A program made the position numbers and the translations under genes. Source: an uncultured delta proteobacterium (GTDB lineage: Bacteria; Desulfobacterota; WTBG01; CAIYCZ01). From it: a stretch of DNA of 64,000 bases. The notes beneath the pieces were generated by a model. It saw nothing but the letters and a program-made list of their open reading frames with translations. It was not told the origin of the DNA and ran no database searches. The stretch spans positions 1 to 64,000 of the forward strand of contig CAWDOY010000014.1 in assembly GCA_963803975.1 (NCBI GenBank). Direction: 5' to 3'. Positions 39,783 to 49,407 of the stretch are shown piece after piece (position 1 is the first letter of the stretch; each line of letters begins with the position of its first letter).

Positions 39783-41895
39783 TTAAGGCTTGTTAAAGGT
39801 TATTTCAAACTCTGAATCTTCATCACAACTGTATGGACTTAATACATCAACATATGAACTGGTGTACTGCTCCCGATACTTCAGCGTGGCAGGATCAAAA
39901 TAATCACACACTGAGCTGCCAAAAACCCAGAACCCAATCCGGTCAGCTTCCTTGACATCTTCATAGAGCGGCTTGTTAACACTGTTCTGTATGCTCCAGG
40001 TCCAATCCTGAGCGCTCATGTCTAACAAGCCCTCTGCCTTGAAGCTGGTCACACATAATTGCGTGGGATCATCAGCACAAGGATCAACCGTTGCCCTGAA
40101 GGTTCCGGTCTGCTTGCATTTCTCACCACACCCCCGGTCTTCTGTTCCGTTAAAGGTATTCCCAGAAAACGTGCCGGTGGGGTACATATCAACATTGATA
40201 TATTTGTCATATTCTCCACCGTCTGAATCCACCCCTCGTCCCTTCACGACTGCAAACCTGAACGTGCATTGATTGAAGCCGCTAATATCTACAGGAGGTG
40301 TTACCGGTTTCTCATATATTAAGTTTATCCATTTAAATCCTATATATCCTCTATTTTTGTTTTCTGTATCACCTTTAATGTGGAAGCCAAGTAGATTTGC
40401 ACCTTCTTTTAGATTTTCTACATGGGCAGACAAACACACGTCAGCTATATCTTCAGCATAATAAGTGTTAATTTCATTGCCTTCACTATTATAAATTGTC
40501 AGCTGGGGATAAACAGGTATATACCCCAAGTATCCATCTATGCATAATTTTATATCTAATGCATCGCTTTGAACTTTATATCCATCTATGAGTTCTGTTT
40601 CGCTGCCGCTACTGTTAACTGTCAAAGTATATGCAGGAAAAATATCTTGTCCGATAGTTTTGTCTTCAACTTTTGCCCAAAGGTCTTTTATTAGTGATAT
40701 GTTAATAAAAGAATTAACACCAAAATAATAAATCTTGGTATATCTTTTACCCACTCCATCAGCACGTTCCCCTGATTGATATGGTTCAAATTTTAACGTT
40801 TCAAAATCAAATACAATTTTATTTTCTTCAGTTGGATTCCCTGGCTTGTATGGAAAGTTTGGGTCTGAAACAGAAAAGATATCAACCTCACGACCATTCA
40901 GCATGGTTCTTCCAGATTTTTTATAAACAATCAAAGCATGCCCGTAATGTTTTTTATCTGGCGTATTTTCATTTTCCCAGCGATTAACTGAGACATATTG
41001 AGGCTTTCCTGTCTTTTTTAATGCATAAGCAAAACATAAATACGTATAAATATCTCCTTTGATTAGTTGTAACTTGTACCCCGCGATTTTTTTTCAATTC
41101 TGTATCGAAGCTTTTTTCGCGCTGAATAACAGAACAGAGTTTATAGGCTAATTCATCATCCCATTGTAATGACGGTGTTTTGTGCTCACTGTTTCCGTTG
41201 TTATCATAAAGTCCATATAAAGATGGTTTTCCCTCCCGCTTCTTTTTAACTATATAATAATATAATGCTGCAACGCTTTGACCTGAACATTGCCCACCAT
41301 CAGCAACATAAGAGCCGTAATTCTTGAACTGCCAGTCATCAATACCATGCTTAAAATCTGTGTCTAATGCAAGTCCTTTGAGCTCTTGCACTTTTGCGTA
41401 AACAACTGCAAAATTACTGAAATGACATGTAGCAACAGTTATGTAGTTTGACTCCTGAGCGATAAGCGGCATCCCCTCTAATTCACCGGTGTTCTCGTCA
41501 TAATAAAAGGCCATAGCAAAGTCATTTTCAGGGTCAGGAATCTTTACCGGAATTTTGATTGTAATTACTTCGCTGGAGAATTCATGACCATTGTCGATTG
41601 TAATGAGTGGGGTTAAAGGGTTAAAATCATTGCCAAATTTATGTGAAATTATAGGTCGGTACGAAATCTCATAATTTTTCGTTTCGCTATAAGTGCCTGC
41701 TGGCACCTCAATTGTAAGTCCATCAAGCGGGTCACCTGTTTTACTGACAGTAATAGTTCCACCCTCTATCCCTATGGTCTCGGTGGTAACTTCAACCTCT
41801 TCCCCAACAACAATGGGCTTGGTATTTTTCTGGCAGTCAACTAATGCCAGCAATAATAAAAAAATAGCTAACCCCTTAATATATGATGTCTTCAT
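39783..41895 (-). CDS. Secreted lipoprotein of about 700 aa with putative papain-like Cys-His-Asp domain; one indel in a T run near 41090
   Basis: Lipobox LVDC; ORFs 40984..41895 and 39783..40934 join across the homopolymer; GQCSGQS, GHALIVY, SDPN. Confidence 0.65.
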
Positions 41896-42001
41896 AATGC
41901 CCCCTGCAATGTTTTAAAAATAAAAACCCCCACCTGCACACATGCAGATAGAGGTTTATTATACGCTCATCTAATTTATCTTTTAAATAAATCCCAGACA
42001 T
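41876..42001 (-). other. Leader uORF (41 aa) running through a terminator-like hairpin (41924-41957), copy 1
   Basis: GGAGGTGATATTCC-ATG; open to TAA 41876; overlaps the lipoprotein start out of frame. Confidence 0.45.
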
Positions 42002-42170
42002 GGAATATCACCTCCGGAATTATTAAAATTATACTCTCATGGAAGAAACTCCGTCAATAAAATTCTTTTTATCTTTTGGCTATGGTATGGAATCCAATAG
42101 GCATGTTATGTTTGGTACAAAAGTGGGGAATGAGTTCATCAATGTATCAAAGCAAGGTGTAGACTTCGTA

Positions 42171-42305
42171 CCATATATTGTGGTGGGCATTACCCAGTCA
42201 AAAGTGCGGCTTATGTATCAGCACCGAAAGAAGTTTAACAGCCTAAATTCATTGCACACTTCTTTTGCCAATCATCACTGGCAGTGAAAAAATATTAGCA
42301 TAATG
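42171..42305. repeat. Duplicated upstream block, copy 1
   Basis: atatattgtggtgggcattac, aaaagtgcRgcttatgtatca and aaattcattgcacacttc shared with 43425-43562. Confidence 0.8.
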
Positions 42306-42317
42306 TCGGCCTTCAAA

Positions 42318-43244
42318 TTATTGGCACCCAACTGGCGGCATTTCCAGATCATGGCTATTCGTATAAATTTCAACCCGTGTATCACTCTGCGCAATTGATC
42401 CATTAATATACTGAAACGCAGCTGAATCACATTTTAAATATGTCTCAAGAAAGGCCGTTCCATAGCGCCGGTAGCTTTTGTTGTGATATTCATCCCATCC
42501 CAGATTCCCACATATGAATGCACACAGCAGATTATAGCTTGACTCGATGTCGCAATGATCGGCCCCTCTTACTTTCATACCATACGCTGGACCTGTAACC
42601 TTATGGAATATTGCAGTACCATTGGTAAATAAATTGCACAGTGTGTTTTCTCCGAAAATGGTGACCGTAGGAGTGGTGATCATTGGTGCGTAATATTGAC
42701 TCAAACCATTTATATCCCCTGGGTCAAAGCACATTAATGCCCTATATTTTATCAATGCATTTGAGTCAGTATTATTTTTGGCAGTAGCGATTGCCGCCAC
42801 TACCCCTCCTGCTGAAACACCACCTACTGCCTGCTTAGTTTCGTCAATTTTCCCGCTTAAAGTGTTTTCCGGGTGTTTGCTTCTATTGACAGCCCAATTC
42901 ATGCAATCATTTATATCATCAGATTCTATTTCAAGATCGGGATATGATTCAGCCCGGGAATTTGGTAAAATGACAACAAAACCCCGAGACGCAAAATGTT
43001 CACCATATTTTATGAGCTGCAGATATTTTATTTTCCTCTTATTAAATCCATGTCTGATGGTTAAAAGAGGATATGCGTATTGGGCATTGGGCACATATAA
43101 TAATGCTGTTATTGCTCCGCCATCTCGAGCAGGAATTTTAACCGTGTATTGTGCCCAGGTATAACTTCCACGATCTTCAGGTGCTGCATACGCTATTGAG
43201 CACACTAAAAAAATGCTAACTACATAAAGCAATATTTGTTTCAT
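42318..43244 (-). CDS. Secreted alpha/beta hydrolase (chlorophyllase/cutinase-like)
   Basis: Signal peptide ending AYA; HGF, FASRGFVV, nucleophile GVSAGG, FDP, ADHCD. Confidence 0.8.
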   Translation of the reverse strand: MKQILLYVVSIFLVCSIAYAAPEDRGSYTWAQYTVKIPARDGGAITALLYVPNAQYAYPLLTIRHGFNKRKIKYLQLIKYGEHFASRGFVVILPNSRAESYPDLEIESDDINDCMNWAVNRSKHPENTLSGKIDETKQAVGGVSAGGVVAAIATAKNNTDSNALIKYRALMCFDPGDINGLSQYYAPMITTPTVTIFGENTLCNLFTNGTAIFHKVTGPAYGMKVRGADHCDIESSYNLLCAFICGNLGWDEYHNKSYRRYGTAFLETYLKCDSAAFQYINGSIAQSDTRVEIYTNSHDLEMPPVGCQ

Positions 43245-43356
43245 GGTGCACTTGTTTTGTAATAGTTAATAAATAATAAAGACCTCCACCAGCACACAGG
43301 CGGTTAGAGGTCAAATTTACTCTCCCTGCAAAGTTTATAGTGATATGCCCAATCAT
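43216..43356 (-). other. Leader uORF (46 aa) running through a terminator-like hairpin (43281-43312), copy 2
   Basis: GGAGGTATCCC-ATG; open to TAG 43216; overlaps the hydrolase start out of frame. Confidence 0.45.
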
Positions 43357-43424
43357 GGGATACCTCCAATAATAATAATTATACCCCCTTACAAGAAGCA
43401 TTCAATAAAAAATAAGGGTAAATG

Positions 43425-43562
43425 CCGATATATTGTGGTGGGCATTACAGGATGAAAAGTGCAGCTTATGTATCAACAGCGAGAGAAGTGAGTCAACCAA
43501 AATTCATTGCACACTTCATTTGGCAAAGCATACGTGGCGGGCAAAAAAATCAGAGCAGAATG
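43425..43562. repeat. Duplicated upstream block, copy 2
   Basis: Direct repeat of 42171-42305. Confidence 0.8.
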
Positions 43563-43807
43563 TTACTATTTGTGAAGAAACATGAGCCACAATATTTCAC
43601 TGATTCACACAACATCCTCGGTGTTGCACTCACCGGCCCATGAAAAGTAAACTTACCGTCCAGGTCTATATCTTCCAGTAGGTAGGGATATCTCTTGCCG
43701 TTTGAGAACTAATTGGTAAACGAAGTCGTATTCACCCATATGGCAGGTCGCGTGGCATTGATGTAAAATAGCTTGAGGCGTTGCGGACTGTCTGATATGT
43801 AAGGTTC

Positions 43808-45079
43808 ATGGGGAAAAAAGCGATCAAAGAAGAAAAACATACCCCTGCCGTGCACTACGGCATCATTGTTCTTGCACTCATCGTGCTTGCGGTGTTTAGC
43901 GCGCTTGGGCTGGCGCGGTTTGGCTACACCAGCATCCTGCCCGCAATGCAGGATGGACTGAAGCTGTCAAATACGCAGACCGGTGAACTTCAGACGCTTA
44001 ACCTTGTCGGCTATTTACTCACGGTCGTGTTTGCCGGCATGCTCGCTGCCCGCCATGGCCCCCGCGTTGTCATTTCAGTCTCGCTACTTATTGTCAGCCT
44101 TTCGATGGTTCTCACGGGGCTTGTTCCCGCTTTCGGCTCCGCGTGCATTGCCCGCTTCTTTGCAGGCGTTGGCGGAGCCGGTGGCAATGTTCCGGCCATG
44201 GGGCTTGTTTCAGCATGGTTTGGTACACGGCGGCGCGGGCTTGCATCCGGTATTGGCGTTGCAGGTTCAAGCTTTGGCCTTATTGTGACAGGGCCCCTGA
44301 TCCCTGCGATTCTAAGCACCTTTGGCCCGGATGGCTGGCGCATCAGCTGGTATGTGCTCGGAGCGCTGGGGCTTGCTGCTTGTGTACTGTGCGCTCTGTT
44401 TCTGCGAAACCTCCCGGATGAGATGGGGCTCAAGCCGCTCGGTGACAGCGAATCTGAAACAATACTGCGCAGCTCTGAAAATGGTGCTACGGCTTTAAAT
44501 TGGGGACTTGTCTATAAATCCCGCACGCTGTGGCAGCTTGCCGCTATCTACTTTGCCTTCGGATTTTCCTATATCATCTATTCGACTTTTTTTGTCAAAC
44601 ACCTGGTGAAGGAGGGCGTCTTTACGGCAGCCGACGCAGGTTTGCTCTGGATGAAGATCGGGATTGTGTCACTGGCGAGCGGTTTTATCTGGGGAGGCGT
44701 CTCGGACCGTTTTGGACGGCGGCTCACCCTGGTGTGGGTCTTTACGCTTCAGGGCATATCGTTTACCATGTTCAGCCTGAGCCATGATCTCACTGCTATT
44801 TACTTTTCCTCTGTACTGTTTGCGCTCACCGCATGGAGCATACCTGCGCTCATGGCCGCACTTGCCGGCGACGCATTCGGCCGGCGTCTTGCTCCTGCAG
44901 CCCTTGGCCTCATGACGATCATATTTGGCATTGGGCAGGCCATGGGGCCTTATCTTGCAGGAGTGCTGGCGGACTCAACGCAGTCATTTTCATCAGCATT
45001 TGTCATCGCCGGGGTGGTTGCCCTGGTTCTGGGCGCAGGGGGATCGCTTGCTCTTCGGACAACAGGGGGCGTAACCTGA
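43808..45079 (+). CDS. MFS transporter (YbfB/YjiJ-like)
   Basis: About 12 TM; GLARFGYTSILPAM, WFGTRRRGLA, SDRFGRR. Confidence 0.9.
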   Translation: MGKKAIKEEKHTPAVHYGIIVLALIVLAVFSALGLARFGYTSILPAMQDGLKLSNTQTGELQTLNLVGYLLTVVFAGMLAARHGPRVVISVSLLIVSLSMVLTGLVPAFGSACIARFFAGVGGAGGNVPAMGLVSAWFGTRRRGLASGIGVAGSSFGLIVTGPLIPAILSTFGPDGWRISWYVLGALGLAACVLCALFLRNLPDEMGLKPLGDSESETILRSSENGATALNWGLVYKSRTLWQLAAIYFAFGFSYIIYSTFFVKHLVKEGVFTAADAGLLWMKIGIVSLASGFIWGGVSDRFGRRLTLVWVFTLQGISFTMFSLSHDLTAIYFSSVLFALTAWSIPALMAALAGDAFGRRLAPAALGLMTIIFGIGQAMGPYLAGVLADSTQSFSSAFVIAGVVALVLGAGGSLALRTTGGVT

Positions 45080-45152
45080 GCATGTTAGAGCCAGTTGTGC
45101 TGTGACTAAATGAGGGACACCTATTGTTTGCATTGCTCGCCCCGCATCAAGT

Positions 45153-45455
45153 TCAGCGTGGAGATTTGTAGAGGTCGTCGTGGTCAAGGCAGCGAAGAAG
45201 CAGTATGTCTCCCGCCCAGTCAGGGTTACCTGATGAAAGATACTGCCGTGGCTCAAAGGCTATTCTGTATCTGCGGGCAATCCGTATAGACCATGCCGAG
45301 GGGTCATTGATGTTGCGCTCAAGCTTCAATCCGGGATGCAGAGGGTTGGATTCCAAAATCGTAAGTGCTTTTGCCAGTTTTTTCCGCAACGGCATGTCGG
45401 ACTGGAACGCGTCTATGTCGTGTAGAAATTTTTTACTTGGTATCAGGTTCGGCAT
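45153..45455 (-). CDS. Putative RelE-superfamily toxin
   Basis: NPLHPGLKLE, WSIRIARRYRI, C-terminal DHDDLY; overlaps the antitoxin gene. Confidence 0.75.
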   Translation of the reverse strand: MPNLIPSKKFLHDIDAFQSDMPLRKKLAKALTILESNPLHPGLKLERNINDPSAWSIRIARRYRIAFEPRQYLSSGNPDWAGDILLLRCLDHDDLYKSPR

Positions 45456-45696
45456 TCTTCATGTCCTTAACAAGCCATGCGGGAAGCTTCCCGGTGCCGC
45501 TCTTGTGCCCTTCGTGGAGTTTTGCACTGCCTGCTTCACTGACTTTGACATTGCGGTAAATTGACACGGGATGGAGCACGATAGCCCCAGCGCTTTCAAT
45601 GGACAGATCAAGATATGATCCGATGCCCAGGCCAAACTCCTTGCGGACTTCAGCCGGCAGGTTGATGCTGCCTCTCTTATCGATAGCTATAAGCAT
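45433..45696 (-). CDS. AbrB/MazE/SpoVT-family antitoxin
   Basis: IDKRGSINLPAEVRKEFGL..G..L...IVLHP. Confidence 0.85.
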   Translation of the reverse strand: MLIAIDKRGSINLPAEVRKEFGLGIGSYLDLSIESAGAIVLHPVSIYRNVKVSEAGSAKLHEGHKSGTGKLPAWLVKDMKNAEPDTK

Positions 45697-45889
45697 ATGT
45701 TTCCCCTTTATGATGGGGTTTTTTAGCATCTATCAATGAGCATAGTCGCAAAACGTCATTTAACTCATTATGATATTTTATGGCTCACTCAGTACAGCGC
45801 CCCACAAACAAAAAGGAACGACTATGGTAGAGTAGAGAGCGGACGCCAGCTAATTCCCGGTGCGAAAGCGCTGACGGAGACGAGCCTAT

Positions 45890-46040
45890 CAGGTTGTTGG
45901 AAAGTAGTTTTCTCCCCGGCTGGTCAAAAACATCCGGATGCAAGGCGCGCGAAATCCTGAGGAATGAGGCGTACGGTACCGTACGTCGCAATGACGAAGG
46001 ATGAGCACAACGAAGCAGATGGGTGTTTTTCAACAGCCTG
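45890..46040. mobile_element. MITE-like non-coding repeat, copy 2
   Basis: caggttgttggaaa...tttcaacagcctg inverted ends; tgcaaggc, cgaaatcct, tgaggcgtac, gacga.ggatgag and gcagatggg shared with copy 1. Confidence 0.72.
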
Positions 46041-46047
46041 CTAGTAA

Positions 46048-47988
46048 TTAAAACCGGTAGTTGATCGTGATAAAGGTTGCGCGGCCCATACCGTCCACCA
46101 ACCCGAAGACACCCCGCGTGTCGTACTTCTTAGCCGTTATGTTCTTAATCTTGAGCGCCAGCTCCAGGTTCTTAACCGGCAGATCCTTTACCTGAAGATA
46201 AAAATCCCACAGCACGTAGGAGCCTAAGTTCTTGAGCTGGCTTACGGAAGGCTCCGTTGCCTGGGCCAGCGTGCCCAGCTTTCGCTCACCCACATAGTTT
46301 AATTCCAGGCTGGCGCGGCAGTGGCGCAGAAAACTGTAGTCGATGCCGCAGTTAAACACATTGTTCGGGGCCACGTTTAAAAAACTCTCAATGGTGCTTT
46401 CCGTGGTCTGGCCGGGATCTTCAGCGCTGGGGATATCAATGGTTGCCTGGGTGCCGCGCTGCCGGTTGCCGAACAAATGGGAATAGTTGGCGTACACCGA
46501 CACTGAGCGCAGCGGCTTGCCGGTTATTGAAAGTTCCACGCCCCTGATGTTCTCCTCGCCGATATTTCTGACTGTTCCCGAGGCATCGCGCTCAATAAGA
46601 TCCTTCAGCTTGTTATAAAAAAAGTTGAGCTCAACGCCAAACAGATTTTTATAGTGAAAGCCCAGCTCCGCCTCATAGCTGTCGATGCGCTCGGGGTTAA
46701 GGCCGATCTGCTCGATCAGGAATGCCAGGGTCGGGGTGCGAAAGGCCCGGCCGTAGAGCAGCTTGGTATTGAAGTAGTCCCAGAACAGATAGTTGAGTCC
46801 CGCGCGCGGGCTGGTAAATTTTCCATAGATACTGTGGTCGTCATAGCGGACGCCTGCTGTTGCCTCAAGATTCTTCGCGATCTTCCACTTGTCCTGGAAA
46901 TAGACGGAATAGCGCCGCGTGTAATAGCGCCGGAAATAATCAAAATTTTGATCCTCAAAGGTAAACGTGGTCCTGCTGCCGTCATTATAGCGAAACGATG
47001 ACCCCAGGGATAGATAATGCTGTTCCAACAGTCTGAAATCATACTTGGCCTCAAGGGCATACTGCTTGTTGTTCTGCGTGAATTGCGATTTCCCGTAATT
47101 GTCAAGGTTGTCAAAATACTGAAACCACCCCTGCAGGGAGAAAGCGGATTTTTCGAAGCTCTTGTTAAGCGTCGCCTGGATGAAAGAAAACGGCTTGTGC
47201 TCCGAGCCCTCATACATAAAGACCGGCTCAGAATAAAAATCGCGGTAGCGCGAATAGCGGCCGGAGATTTCCAGGATATCTTTGTAGCTGAGCTTGCCAT
47301 AGGCTTCATCATAGTGATCATGGGGCCGCTCCTGCCCGTTATGCAGGTCATGCTCAAACCCCTTGGTCTTGGTGGTTGACATAAACAGCAGGCCATCCCA
47401 GTCATTGCGGTTAAAGCCGCTGACGGATTCCGCCCGCTTGGTATCAAACGAGCCGCCCTCTGTGGTCAGCGAAACCCCCTGCAGGTCAGCCCCCTTCCTG
47501 GTGACCAGATTAATGATGCCGGAGAATGCATCAGGCCCCCACAGGGCAGAGCCCGGCCCGCGGACGATTTCAATTTTCTCGATGTAGTTAAGGGACAGGT
47601 CCAGTCCCCGGGGGTAATCAATGGTGGTCGCGTCGCAGGAAAACGGCACCCCGTCCATCAGCACCAGAAACGAGTCGGGAATGCCGCGCAGGTAAATGCG
47701 CTCTTTAACTTCATTGCGGTCGATAAAAAATCCCGGTACCCGGCGCAGCACCTCCGCCAGGGTACGATATTTTTTCAGCTCCTCGCCGCTTATAACCGTA
47801 ACCGCGGCCGGGGCGCGCTGCAGCGTTTCTATGCGGCGTGAAGCAATTGAGACCGTGTACAGCTCTTCGCCAAGAAACATAAGCTCGGTTTCCTCAAACG
47901 CCGGGACCTTTTCCTGGGCCAGTGCCACGGCATATCCCCCGCTGACAAGCAGAGACAGTATCACCGCGGCACCTATACATCCTGCCAC
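46048..47988 (-). CDS. TonB-dependent outer-membrane receptor
   Basis: Plug APAAVTVIS and IEKIEIVRGPGSALWG, GVRYDD, YGRAFRTP, C-terminal INYRF. Confidence 0.93.
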   Translation of the reverse strand: MAGCIGAAVILSLLVSGGYAVALAQEKVPAFEETELMFLGEELYTVSIASRRIETLQRAPAAVTVISGEELKKYRTLAEVLRRVPGFFIDRNEVKERIYLRGIPDSFLVLMDGVPFSCDATTIDYPRGLDLSLNYIEKIEIVRGPGSALWGPDAFSGIINLVTRKGADLQGVSLTTEGGSFDTKRAESVSGFNRNDWDGLLFMSTTKTKGFEHDLHNGQERPHDHYDEAYGKLSYKDILEISGRYSRYRDFYSEPVFMYEGSEHKPFSFIQATLNKSFEKSAFSLQGWFQYFDNLDNYGKSQFTQNNKQYALEAKYDFRLLEQHYLSLGSSFRYNDGSRTTFTFEDQNFDYFRRYYTRRYSVYFQDKWKIAKNLEATAGVRYDDHSIYGKFTSPRAGLNYLFWDYFNTKLLYGRAFRTPTLAFLIEQIGLNPERIDSYEAELGFHYKNLFGVELNFFYNKLKDLIERDASGTVRNIGEENIRGVELSITGKPLRSVSVYANYSHLFGNRQRGTQATIDIPSAEDPGQTTESTIESFLNVAPNNVFNCGIDYSFLRHCRASLELNYVGERKLGTLAQATEPSVSQLKNLGSYVLWDFYLQVKDLPVKNLELALKIKNITAKKYDTRGVFGLVDGMGRATFITINYRF

Positions 47989-48025
47989 GCTGCGGTGAAC
48001 GCATCTGGTGGATAGATCTTTATAT

Positions 48026-49393
48026 TCATTGCTCTGTCTCCTTTAGCTGTTTAAGGAGGCTCCTGAATTTTCCCCGGGAAAGTCCCAGCAGTTTTGCCGC
48101 AGCCGTCTGGTTATTCTGCGCCCTGCGCAAAGACTGCCGCACTATTTCCCGCTCCATGTCCTCAAGATTAATACCTTCCTCGGGAAGGGGAAACTGCTGC
48201 TCTCCGGCCGGAATAGTACCCGGCGCTGCGGCCAGAAAGCGGAGCGTCTCAGGAGTAATCGCTCCGTCTTTTGATAATATGACCGCCCGCTCAATGGCAT
48301 TTTCCAGCTCCCGGACATTGCCCGGCCAGGCATATTTCTTGAGGATCCGTTTTGCCGCTTCATCTATCTGGGGGTTCGGTTTTCCCATCGCCTGGCAGAA
48401 GCGCTGCAGGAAATGCGCGCCAAGCAGGATTATGTCATTGCCCCGTTCCCTGAGGGGCGGAAGGGTTAACGGAAAAACATTGATGCGATAAAAAAGGTCC
48501 TGCCGAAAAGTACCTTTTTCCACCTGCTCCTCCAAAGCTTTATTGGTTGCGCAGATTACCCGCACATCAGATTTTAATGTCTCGGTGCCGCCCACCCGTT
48601 CAAACTCCCGTTCCTGTAAAAAGCGCAGCACCTTGGGCTGGGCTTCCATGCTGAGGTCGCCGATCTCGTCAAGAAAAATGGTGCCGCCGTGGCCCAGCTC
48701 AAACCTTCCCATCTTCTGTTTGTCGGCGCCGGTAAATGCGCCTTTTTCATGGCCGAACAGTTCGCTTTCAATAAGCGTGTGCGGAATTGCCGCGCAGTTG
48801 ATGGCCATAAATCGTTTGCCGCTTCTGCTGCTGTTGTGATGGATGACGCGTGCCAGCAGTTCTTTGCCGGTGCCGCTTTCCCCGAGGATCAACACCGTTG
48901 TCTGCGGGCTCTGGGCAACATGAGCAGCCGGCTGTAAAATAGAGAGCATCTGCTGCGATTCAGCAACGATATTGGAAAAATTAAATGACGCGGAGAGCTC
49001 TTCCCGGTGAATCAGCTGTTCTTCAAGCAGGTCAGAGATCCGCATATAGCGCTTGACCTTGCTGATGATTTTTTCTTCATCAAACGGCTTGGTAAAATAG
49101 TAGAGCGCCCCCTCCTCCATGGCATCAGCAGCTGACTCAATGGAGCCGAAGGCGGTGAGAACGATGACCGGATAGTCGGGATCAATTTTTTTAATTTCTT
49201 TCAGCAGCGTCATCCCATCCATGACCGGCATTTTAAGGTCGGTGATGACCATCCCGAAATTATACTTTTTTATGAGCTGCAGCGCTTCCTCGCCATTGGC
49301 CGCCTGCGCTGTTTCAAAGCCCTGACGCTCCAGCATGAGCTGCAGGATGTGCCGCAGCTTTTCTTCATCATCAACAATAAGAATCCTGTTCAT
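48026..49393 (-). CDS. Sigma54-dependent NtrC-family response regulator
   Basis: Receiver (ITDLKMP), GESGTGKEL, GAFTGA, WPGNVREL, Fis-type HTH. Confidence 0.96.
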   Translation of the reverse strand: MNRILIVDDEEKLRHILQLMLERQGFETAQAANGEEALQLIKKYNFGMVITDLKMPVMDGMTLLKEIKKIDPDYPVIVLTAFGSIESAADAMEEGALYYFTKPFDEEKIISKVKRYMRISDLLEEQLIHREELSASFNFSNIVAESQQMLSILQPAAHVAQSPQTTVLILGESGTGKELLARVIHHNSSRSGKRFMAINCAAIPHTLIESELFGHEKGAFTGADKQKMGRFELGHGGTIFLDEIGDLSMEAQPKVLRFLQEREFERVGGTETLKSDVRVICATNKALEEQVEKGTFRQDLFYRINVFPLTLPPLRERGNDIILLGAHFLQRFCQAMGKPNPQIDEAAKRILKKYAWPGNVRELENAIERAVILSKDGAITPETLRFLAAAPGTIPAGEQQFPLPEEGINLEDMEREIVRQSLRRAQNNQTAAAKLLGLSRGKFRSLLKQLKETEQ

Positions 49394-49407
49394 GGTTTGC
49401 TCCTCGA

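Noticed and set aside
45785..46033. 82 aa ORF as a protein-coding gene
   Set aside because: Mostly a translation of the MITE repeat
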